Below are positions 56,791 to 64,000 of a DNA stretch of 64,000 nucleotides, one piece after another. How positions within the stretch are numbered: the stretch's first letter is position 1; each line of letters starts with the position of its first letter. The notes under the pieces are model-generated. The model was not told the DNA's origin, did not search any database, and worked only from the letters and a program-made list of their open reading frames with translations. Source of the stretch: Candidatus Methylomirabilia bacterium (GTDB lineage Bacteria; Methylomirabilota; Methylomirabilia; Rokubacteriales; CSP1-6); the NCBI GenBank assembly GCA_041497895.1, contig JBGQHJ010000002.1:21112-85111 (forward strand), given 5' to 3'. A program made the translations under genes and the position numbers.

Positions 56791-56875
56791 ACGGTCGTCC
56801 GCCAGCTGGGGGAGTGCGGGGGCCATTTCTGGGCCCCCGCAGTTGAAGAGCTTGAAGAAGTAGACGGTCGTCCGC
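56791..56875. repeat. REP-like element (family B), intergenic, flanked by 12-bp direct repeats
   Basis: ACGGTCGTCCGC at 56791-56802 and 56864-56875 flanking the TGCGGGGGCC-ATTTCTG-GGCCCCCGCA hairpin. Confidence 0.75.
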
Positions 56876-57984
56876 TAAGTCCGCCCGATGACCCCGCCCA
56901 GCGTCCGGTCCCAGGCCTCGAGCAGCCGCGCGTTCTGCTCCGCGGTCCCCACCGCGATGCGCAGGTGCCCGGGGAATCCCACGCCCGCGCCGTCGCGCAC
57001 CAGGATGCCGGCCTGGAACAGGGCGGCCCGTAGCGCGCCCGCCCGATCGCCCACCTTGACCAGGATGAAGTTGGCCTGCGACGGAGGCGAGGGCGCTCCG
57101 CGCTCGGCCAGCGCGGCCTGCAGCCGCGGCCGCTGCTCCAGCACGACCGCGCGCGTGCGCTCGAGGTGCTCGGGGTCGCCGAGTGCGGCCACCGCCGCGA
57201 CCTGGGCCAGGCGGTTGACGTTGTACGGCGCGCGCACCCGGTTGAGCCGCTCGATGTGCTCGGGTCGCGCGACCGCGTAGCCCACCCGCAGCCCGGCCAG
57301 GCCCGCGATCTTGGAGAAGGTCCGCAGCGAGAGCAGGGTCGGGTAGCGCCGCTGCAGCACCACCCCGTCGGCGGTGTCGTCGTCGTCGCAGAAGTCCCGG
57401 TAGGCCTCGTCGAGGATCACGAGCGGAGGATCCGAGCCGAGCGAGTCCAGGAAGCGCTCGAGCGGCCGGCGCCGCACGATGGTCGCGGCCGGGTTGTGCG
57501 GGGTGCAGAGGATCACGCACTTGGTCCGCGGCGTGACGCGGCCGCGCATGTCCTCGAGGTCCTGGTCGTAGCCGCGGAGCGGGCTCGCCACCACCACCGC
57601 GCCGGAGAGCGTCGCCTCGGTGCCGTAGGGCTCGAAGGCCGGGTGGGGGATCAGCACCTCGTCGCCGGGGTCGAGCGCGGCCCGCGCCAGCATGGCCAGG
57701 AGCTCGTCGGCGCCGTTGCCCACCACGATCGACTCGGGGGAGACGCCGAGCCGGCTCGCCAGGCCCTGCCGCACCTCGGTGCAGCCGCCGTCCGGATAGA
57801 GATGGACGCGCGGCGCCTCGCGCCGGATGGCCTCGATCACCCGCGGCGAGGGGCCGAGCGGGTTCTCGTTGGCCGACAAGCGCAGCACCGCGTCCACGCC
57901 GAGCTCGCGTGCCACCGTCTCGAGCGATTTGCCCGCGTCGTAAGGCGCCACCTGATCGAGCACGCTCCGCCAGAGCCGTCGCAT
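56875..57984 (-). CDS. hisC: Histidinol-phosphate aminotransferase
   Basis: LSANENPLG, YPD, GNGADE, PHNP, DEAY, RTFSK..GLAGLRVGY. Confidence 0.92.
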   Translation of the reverse strand: MRRLWRSVLDQVAPYDAGKSLETVARELGVDAVLRLSANENPLGPSPRVIEAIRREAPRVHLYPDGGCTEVRQGLASRLGVSPESIVVGNGADELLAMLARAALDPGDEVLIPHPAFEPYGTEATLSGAVVVASPLRGYDQDLEDMRGRVTPRTKCVILCTPHNPAATIVRRRPLERFLDSLGSDPPLVILDEAYRDFCDDDDTADGVVLQRRYPTLLSLRTFSKIAGLAGLRVGYAVARPEHIERLNRVRAPYNVNRLAQVAAVAALGDPEHLERTRAVVLEQRPRLQAALAERGAPSPPSQANFILVKVGDRAGALRAALFQAGILVRDGAGVGFPGHLRIAVGTAEQNARLLEAWDRTLGGVIGRT

Positions 57985-58037
57985 AGGGCGCCCCATTGTA
58001 ACTGCGAGAGTTACTGCGATACAAGTTCGCGCCAAGT

Positions 58038-58066
58038 TTGACTTTCTTCTCGCTCCACGCTACCGT
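58038..58066 (+). promoter_or_regulatory. sigma70-type promoter of glnD (leaderless geometry)
   Basis: TTGACT(58038-58043)-N17-TACCGT(58061-58066)-N6-ATG; no SD. Confidence 0.55.
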
Positions 58067-58072
58067 TTCGCC

Positions 58073-60781
58073 ATGTCCGCGGAACTGCTGCGACAGGTCC
58101 GCCGGGTCGAGACGCAGGCCGAGAAGGGATTCGACGGCGGCGCGGCCGAGCTGGCGGAGCGTCGGCGCCGCCTGAGGCTCGAGGTGCTGCGGCAGCACCT
58201 GGCCTCCAACGTGGACTTCCTGCGCGCCGCGCACCTGGGCGGCGCGTCGGGCCAGCAGTCGGTCCAGGCCTACGCGGCCTTCATGGACGGCTTCCTCGGG
58301 ACCCTCTATCGCCTCGCGGTGGACGACGCGCGGCGCGAGGGGCTCACCCCGACCCCGCTGGTGCTGGTGGCCCTCGGCGGCTACGGCCGCGGCGAGCTGC
58401 ACCCGCTCTCCGACCTCGACCTGATGCTGATCTACGACGGCGAGATGGGGCCCTACGTGCAGCGCGCGACGCAGGGGCTGCTCTACGCGCTCTGGGATCT
58501 GGGGCTGCAGGTCGGCCACGCGCTGCGCAGCCTGCCCGACTGCCTGGCGATGGCGCGCACCGACTTCCCCAGCCGCACCTCGATGCAGCAGGCACGCTTC
58601 CTGGTGGGCGATCGCCGCCTCTTCAATCGCTTCCGCAAGGTGCTCGCCGAGAACGTCTACCAGAAGGACTTCGCCCAGTTTCTCGAGACCACGATGACCG
58701 AGCGCGACCAGCGCTACCGCAAGTTCGGGGGGTCGCCCTACATGGGCGAGCCCAACGTGAAGGAGTCGGCGGGCGGGCTGCGCGACATCCACACCGCGAT
58801 GTGGCTGGCCTCCACCAAGTTCGGCACCCGGACCCTCCGCGAGCTCGCGGACAAGCGGCTCATCACCGCGCGCGAGCAGAAGGCGGCCGACGAGGCGCTC
58901 ACCTTCCTGTGGCGGGTACGCAACGAGCTGCACTTCCTCTCCGGCCACAAGAACGACGTGCTCTCGCGCGACATCCAGCCCCAGATCGCCAAGAACTTCG
59001 GCTACACCGCCGACGAGCTGTCGCTCGGCGTCGAGAAGTTCATGCGCGACTACTATCTGCACGCGCGGGTCATCCACCGGGTGTCCCGGCGGCTGATCGC
59101 GCGCTGCCGCGAGACCCTCTCGCGCCGCGCCAGCGTGCAGCGCCGCCTGCGCCAGGAGGCCCTCGCCGACGGGCTCATCGTGATCGACGAGCGGCTGCAC
59201 CTGGCCCAGCCGGACGGGCGCGCCTTCCGCGAGGATCCGCTGCGGCTCCTGAAGGTGTTCTGGCACAGCCACCAGCTGGGATTCGAGCTGGGCATCGACG
59301 TGGAGCGGGCCATCGAGGACTCGCTCGACCTGATCGACGACGCCTTCCGCGCCTCGGCCGAGGCGCGGGATCTCTTCCTCGGCATCTGTCGCACCTGGGG
59401 CCGCGCCGCCCAGACCTTCCGCGAGATGCACGAGCTCGGGGTGCTGGGCCGCTACCTGCCGGAGTGGGGCGCGCTCACCTGCCTCGTGCAGTACGACGTC
59501 TACCACAAGTTCAGCGCGGACCAGCACTCGCTGATCGCAGTGCAGAACCTGGAGGCGCTCGCGCCGGGGCAGTCGGCGGACTCGGAGGGCAACGCGCAGG
59601 TGGTGAGCGAGCTGGAGCGGCCCGGCCTGCTGATGCTGGGCATGCTCCTGCACGACATCGGCAAGGGGCGCGGCCACGGCCACGTGGCCAAGGGCATCCC
59701 GCTGATCGAGACGCTCACCGCGCGCATGGGGCTCGAGGCGGAGGACGCCGACAAGGTGATCTTCCTCGTGGCCCACCACCTGACCATGTCGCACATCGCC
59801 CAGCGGCGCGACATCGACGATCCCAAGACCGTCGAGTCGCTCGCCCTCGTCTGCCGGACGCCGGAGCGCCTGCGCATGCTCTACCTGCTGACCTGCGCCG
59901 ACATGCGCGCGGTGGGCCCCGGGGTCATGACCGGCTGGCAGGCCCAGATCCTCTGGGACCTCTACGCGCGCACCCTCGCCCACCTCACCGGCGGCCAGCG
60001 GGAGCGGCCCACCCGCGAGGCGGTGGCCCAGCGGGTGATCGAGGCCATGCGCGGCGAGGTGCCGCGCACCACGCTGGCCGCGCACCTCGCGATGCTCTCC
60101 GAGCGCTACCTCGCCACCACCTCGCCCCAGCGCATCGCGGCCCATCTGCGGCTGCTGGACCGCCTGGCCGAGGAGGGGGTGCTCGCCACCGAGCTCTTCC
60201 ACCACCCGGACCTCGGCTCCTCCGAGCTGGTCGTCGCCACCCGCGACGTGCCGGGCCTCTTCTCGCTGATCGCGGGCAGCCTCGCCGCGCAGGGCATCAA
60301 CATCCTCTCGGCCCAGATCCACACCCGGGCCGACGGCATCGTCATCGACACCTTCCAGGTGAACGATCCGTTCGGGGAGGCGGTCACCGAGGAGGCGCGC
60401 TGGCGGAGGACGCTCGAGGCCCTGCGCCGCGTGCTGCGCGGCGAGGTGAGCGTGGAAGAGCTGCTCGCCCGGCGGCGCGCGGTGCACCCGGGTGCCGAGG
60501 GCGTGGCCGGGCCGCCCAAGATCTCGCTCGACAACCAGCTCTCCGACAGCCACACCGTGCTGGAGGTCAAGTGCCCGGACCGCGTCGGGCTGCTCTACGT
60601 CATCACCCGCACGCTCTCGGCCCACGGCCTCGACATCGCGAGCGCGCGCATCGCCACCGAGATCGACCAGGCCTACGACACGTTCTACCTGACCGACCGG
60701 CAGGGCCGGCGGCTCGAGGACGAAGCCGCGATGGCCCGGGTGCGCGAGAGCCTCGAAGACGCCTTGCTGAAGCCGCTCTAG
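58073..60781 (+). CDS. glnD: [Protein-PII] uridylyltransferase/uridylyl-removing enzyme
   Basis: ALGGYGRGELHPLSDLDL, EPNVKESAGGLRD, LLHDIGKG, two ACT domains. Confidence 0.95.
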   Translation: MSAELLRQVRRVETQAEKGFDGGAAELAERRRRLRLEVLRQHLASNVDFLRAAHLGGASGQQSVQAYAAFMDGFLGTLYRLAVDDARREGLTPTPLVLVALGGYGRGELHPLSDLDLMLIYDGEMGPYVQRATQGLLYALWDLGLQVGHALRSLPDCLAMARTDFPSRTSMQQARFLVGDRRLFNRFRKVLAENVYQKDFAQFLETTMTERDQRYRKFGGSPYMGEPNVKESAGGLRDIHTAMWLASTKFGTRTLRELADKRLITAREQKAADEALTFLWRVRNELHFLSGHKNDVLSRDIQPQIAKNFGYTADELSLGVEKFMRDYYLHARVIHRVSRRLIARCRETLSRRASVQRRLRQEALADGLIVIDERLHLAQPDGRAFREDPLRLLKVFWHSHQLGFELGIDVERAIEDSLDLIDDAFRASAEARDLFLGICRTWGRAAQTFREMHELGVLGRYLPEWGALTCLVQYDVYHKFSADQHSLIAVQNLEALAPGQSADSEGNAQVVSELERPGLLMLGMLLHDIGKGRGHGHVAKGIPLIETLTARMGLEAEDADKVIFLVAHHLTMSHIAQRRDIDDPKTVESLALVCRTPERLRMLYLLTCADMRAVGPGVMTGWQAQILWDLYARTLAHLTGGQRERPTREAVAQRVIEAMRGEVPRTTLAAHLAMLSERYLATTSPQRIAAHLRLLDRLAEEGVLATELFHHPDLGSSELVVATRDVPGLFSLIAGSLAAQGINILSAQIHTRADGIVIDTFQVNDPFGEAVTEEARWRRTLEALRRVLRGEVSVEELLARRRAVHPGAEGVAGPPKISLDNQLSDSHTVLEVKCPDRVGLLYVITRTLSAHGLDIASARIATEIDQAYDTFYLTDRQGRRLEDEAAMARVRESLEDALLKPL

Positions 60782-61459
60782 ATGCTGAGCCACTACAAGA
60801 CGCCGCTCGCCCGGCTCGGCGACCCCGTCGCGCGGTTGCTGCTCCAGGCTCATGTGCGCCCGAATCACCTGACCGTGGTGGGACTCGGGGTCAGCATCGT
60901 CGCCGCCTGCGCGCTGGCGCAGGGGCGCCTGCGGTCGGGCGCGGTGCTGCTCACCCTCGCGGGGCTCTTCGACTTCTTCGACGGCTCGCTGGCGCGGCTG
61001 GCCAACCGGGTGAGTGCTTTCGGGGCCTTCCTCGACTCGGCGGTGGACCGCTACTCGGACCTGGCGGTGCTGCTGGGCGTCGTGCTCTTCTATCACCTCG
61101 CCGCCGACACCCCGGGCGTCCTGCTCACCATGCTCACGGTCATCGGCACGGTCATGGTCAGCTACACGAAGGCGCGCGCCCAGTCGATCGGCCTGTCCTG
61201 CGAGATCGGCCTCATGGAGCGGCCCGAGCGGCTCATCACGCTGATCGCAGGCGCCACGTTCAACCTGCTCACCCCGGCCATGGTGGCGCTCGCGGTGTTG
61301 ACCAACCTGACCGCGCTCCAGCGCATCCTCTACATTCGCGGGGCCTCGGCGCGCGAATCGACGCGGGAGATCGACGCGGCGGCGGCGCCCATCGTGGCGC
61401 CGGGGCCGGCGCGGGCTCCCGCGGACCACGACGCGACGCGCCTTCGCCCCTCGCCCTAG
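60782..61459 (+). CDS. CDP-alcohol phosphatidyltransferase family protein
   Basis: PNHLT, DFFDGSLAR...GAFLDSAVDRYSD, VSYTKARA, ERPER. Confidence 0.9.
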   Translation: MLSHYKTPLARLGDPVARLLLQAHVRPNHLTVVGLGVSIVAACALAQGRLRSGAVLLTLAGLFDFFDGSLARLANRVSAFGAFLDSAVDRYSDLAVLLGVVLFYHLAADTPGVLLTMLTVIGTVMVSYTKARAQSIGLSCEIGLMERPERLITLIAGATFNLLTPAMVALAVLTNLTALQRILYIRGASARESTREIDAAAAPIVAPGPARAPADHDATRLRPSP

Positions 61460-61522
61460 GCCGGCCAGGGCGCTGTTCCGGGTAGGCGAGGCCCACCCCG
61501 GGTGCTTGGTACACTGACCGCC

Positions 61523-63586
61523 ATGAGAGGGTTGACCGCGGCGGTGTGCCTGGTCTCGGTGGTGCTGCTGGGCGCCGCGCCCGCCGGGCTGCCTCCCGAC
61601 GTGCGGGAGCGATTCTCCCTGGCGGTGGCCGCGCACAAGGCCGGGGACTGGAGCGCGGCGGCCCGGGAGTTCGCCGATCCGGTGTGGTCGGGGACACCGC
61701 TCGAGGACTACGCGCTCCTCTACCGGGCGGACAGCATGCTACGCCAGGGCGATACCGCGGCGGCCCGGGCCCTCGCCACGCAGGCGACCGATCGCACCCC
61801 CGAGAGTGGCCTCACCCCCTCGGCGCTGATCTGGGCCGCCTCCGTGCAGAGCACCGCGGGCGATCCGAACGCCGCGGTGGGCCTGCTGCAGCGGGTGCTC
61901 GCGAGCCATCCCGATCGACCGGACGTGCCGCGGACCCGCTATCTCCTCGGCGCGGCGTTGCTGGCCGCCGGCGACCAGCAGGAGGCGGCGAAGGTCTTCG
62001 CGGCGCTCTGGCTGCAGGCACCCGCCTCCTACGGCGACGCGGCCGAGGCGCAGCTCAAGGCGCTGGCCGACGCGGGCGTGACGGTGGCGGGAGCGTCCTC
62101 GGCCGAGCGCGCCCTGCGGGCCGAGCGCCTCCTCGCGGGCGGCCTGCTCGAGCGGGCCCGCGGCGAGGCGGAGGCGCTGGTGGCCGAGAACCCGGCGCCC
62201 GACGTCCGCGAGCGCGCGCTGCGCGTGGTGATGAACGCCTCGCGCCGGCTCGGGCGCGACGAGGCCGCGCTGGCCGCCGCCGGCGACGGCCTCGCGATCG
62301 CGCCCGCGGAGCGGCGCCCGGCGTGGCTCCTCGAGCTGGGGCGGCTCCGCCAGCGGCGAGACCGCGAGGCCGCGCTGGCCACGCTCGACCGGCTGGTGCG
62401 CGAGCACCCGAAGAGCCCCGACGCCGCGGAGGCGCTCCTGCTGAAGGCGGACCTGCTCGAGGCCGCCAACCGGCCCGCGGAGGCGGAGAAGACCTACGTC
62501 CGGCTGGCCGCCGACTACCCGGACGAGGACGCGGCCGCCGCCGCCCTCTGGCGGCTCGGCTGGGCCGGGTGGTTCCGCGGCAACCTGCTCGAGACCACCG
62601 CGCGCTGGACGCGGCTGCAGACCGCGCGCGGAGGACAGAGCCTGCGCGACTCCGCGACCTACTGGCTCGGGCGCACGTGGGAGCGCCGTGGCGACCGCGA
62701 GCAGGCCGCGCGTCAGTTCGGCGCCCTCGTGCGCGACGCGCCGCGCACCTACTACGGGCTCCTCGCGGCCAAGCGCGCCCCGGGCTCAGCACCGGGCGGG
62801 GCGGCGCCCGCCTTCGCCTTCCCCGCCGATCCCCTCGAGGCCCTGCAGGGCGACGCCCGCTTCGCGCGCGCGGAGGCGCTGCGCGGCGTCGGGCTGCGCG
62901 AGTTCGCGGACGAGGAGCTGGACGACCTCACCCGCCGCTCGATGGGCGAGCCGCGCCGCCTGTACGCGCTGTCCGCGGCGTACGTGGCCGACGAGCGCTA
63001 CCACATGGCGCTGCGCATCCTGCGCCGGAGTTTCCTCGGCGTGGCCCGCAGCGGCACCGGCTCGCCACGCGAGTTCTGGGAGATGTTCTACCCGCTGGGC
63101 TGGCGCGACGCGCTCACCGCGGCGGCGGGCCGCGCCGCGGTCGACCCGTTCCTGGTCGCGGCGGTGGTGCGCGAGGAGTCGTCGTTCTACCCGGGGGCGC
63201 GCTCCCGCGTGGGCGCCCGCGGGCTCATGCAGCTCATGCCGGACACTGGACGCGCGGTGGCCCAGGCACGGCAGATCCCCTTCCCGGACGTCGACGTGCT
63301 CGACCAGCCGGTGACCAACCTCGAGCTCGGCAGCACGTTCTTCGCCGGCCTGCTGCGCGAGTTCGGCGACCCGCGGCTGGCCGCCGCGGCCTACAACGCC
63401 GGGCCCACCCGCGTGCGCGAGTGGTGGGCGGGGCGCCGCTCCGACGACCTCGAGGTCTGGGTGGACCAGATCCCCTACAACGAGACGCGCGCCTTCGTGA
63501 AGCGGGTGATGCTCTCGTACGAGGAGTACCGGCGCGTTTACGGGGAGAAGCCGGGCGACAAGCCCCGGGGCGGGAGGGAGTCCTGA
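61523..63586 (+). CDS. Soluble lytic murein transglycosylase (Slt-like, TPR plus SLT domain)
   Basis: Signal peptide, REESSF, GARGLMQLMP, AYNAGP, IPYNETRAFVKRV. Confidence 0.9.
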   Translation: MRGLTAAVCLVSVVLLGAAPAGLPPDVRERFSLAVAAHKAGDWSAAAREFADPVWSGTPLEDYALLYRADSMLRQGDTAAARALATQATDRTPESGLTPSALIWAASVQSTAGDPNAAVGLLQRVLASHPDRPDVPRTRYLLGAALLAAGDQQEAAKVFAALWLQAPASYGDAAEAQLKALADAGVTVAGASSAERALRAERLLAGGLLERARGEAEALVAENPAPDVRERALRVVMNASRRLGRDEAALAAAGDGLAIAPAERRPAWLLELGRLRQRRDREAALATLDRLVREHPKSPDAAEALLLKADLLEAANRPAEAEKTYVRLAADYPDEDAAAAALWRLGWAGWFRGNLLETTARWTRLQTARGGQSLRDSATYWLGRTWERRGDREQAARQFGALVRDAPRTYYGLLAAKRAPGSAPGGAAPAFAFPADPLEALQGDARFARAEALRGVGLREFADEELDDLTRRSMGEPRRLYALSAAYVADERYHMALRILRRSFLGVARSGTGSPREFWEMFYPLGWRDALTAAAGRAAVDPFLVAAVVREESSFYPGARSRVGARGLMQLMPDTGRAVAQARQIPFPDVDVLDQPVTNLELGSTFFAGLLREFGDPRLAAAAYNAGPTRVREWWAGRRSDDLEVWVDQIPYNETRAFVKRVMLSYEEYRRVYGEKPGDKPRGGRES

Positions 63587-64000
63587 GCGGAGGACGGCCG
63601 CCCGCGCTCTGGCGCATGACGGCCGCCGCGGTCGCCGACGCCCTGGTGGGCGTGATCGCCTGGACCCTGGCCGGGATGTGGCTCTCGATCGCGGTGCTCC
63701 TGTTCCGCCGCGAGCCGGACGTGCTCGATGCCGTCTTCCTCGTCCTCGGCGTGCTGCTGCTCGGGGTCGCGCTGCACGTCGCCTACCACACCGTGCTGGT
63801 GGGCGGCTGCGGGCAGACCCTGGGCAAGATGCTACTGGGGGTGGTGGTGGTGCGCCGCGACGGCGCGCCCGCCGGCTACGGCCGCGCGCTCCTGCGCTGT
63901 GCGGGTGGAGGCCTGTGCCTGCTGACGCTCGGGGTCGGCCAGCTACCGGTGCTCTGGAGCCGCGAGCGGCGCGGGCTCGCGGACCTCGTCGCGGGCACCC
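63583..64000 (+). CDS. RDD family membrane protein, runs off window edge
   Basis: Manual translation: PPALWRMTAAAVAD...GQTLGKMLLGVVVVRRDG...ALLR...RRGLADLVAGT; start CTG 63583 or ATG 63616. Confidence 0.75.
   Translation, partial: MSGGRPPALWRMTAAAVADALVGVIAWTLAGMWLSIAVLLFRREPDVLDAVFLVLGVLLLGVALHVAYHTVLVGGCGQTLGKMLLGVVVVRRDGAPAGYGRALLRCAGGGLCLLTLGVGQLPVLWSRERRGLADLVAGT

Noticed and set aside
56696..61636. 1646-aa minus-strand ORF, and similar long antisense ORFs (e.g. 1547-3460, 13324-16185, 19850-21838, 24896-27178, 37046-39112)
   Set aside because: Shadow frames opposite well-supported genes, expected in high-GC DNA; no recognisable motifs

Overview
Very GC-rich bacterial chromosomal window with dense, largely housekeeping and metabolic genes. 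Gene style and a remnant of a typically expanded ABC substrate-binding family are consistent with Candidatus Rokubacteria/Methylomirabilota (inference only). No rRNA, tRNA, CRISPR array, transposase or phage genes were recognised. Main blocks: (1) 1-13.5 kb Mo/W/Se cluster: formate dehydrogenase beta-subunit 5' end, HTH-only ModE, flavoprotein-SelD fusion downstream of a three-subunit xanthine-dehydrogenase-family enzyme, interleaved tupAB-modABC-tupC, moaC. (2) acuC, adenylate cyclase, polysaccharide deacetylase, LysM/TPR lipoprotein, pal, mscS. (3) Sulfite/nitrite reductase, 1-Cys Prx and siroheme operon led by a Com-like zinc-ribbon ORF, a 26-bp perfect palindrome and a long hairpin touching the SD. 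(4) Lhr helicase, gene remnants, LLM monooxygenase and FMN reductase. (5) Two tandem secreted redoxins that the ORF track splits at in-frame TGA codons at the catalytic Cys position, i.e. candidate selenoproteins with SECIS-like hairpins. (6) A sigma54-type promoter with a long structured leader. (7) tmk-holB-ricT-metG...tatD. (8) An aromatic ring-cleavage cluster. (9) A compositionally atypical GT-C gene, peptidase S58, hisC, glnD, CDP-alcohol phosphatidyltransferase, slt and RDD. Two REP-like repeat families each occur once intergenically and once in-frame inside a protein, and many first genes of transcription units look leaderless.
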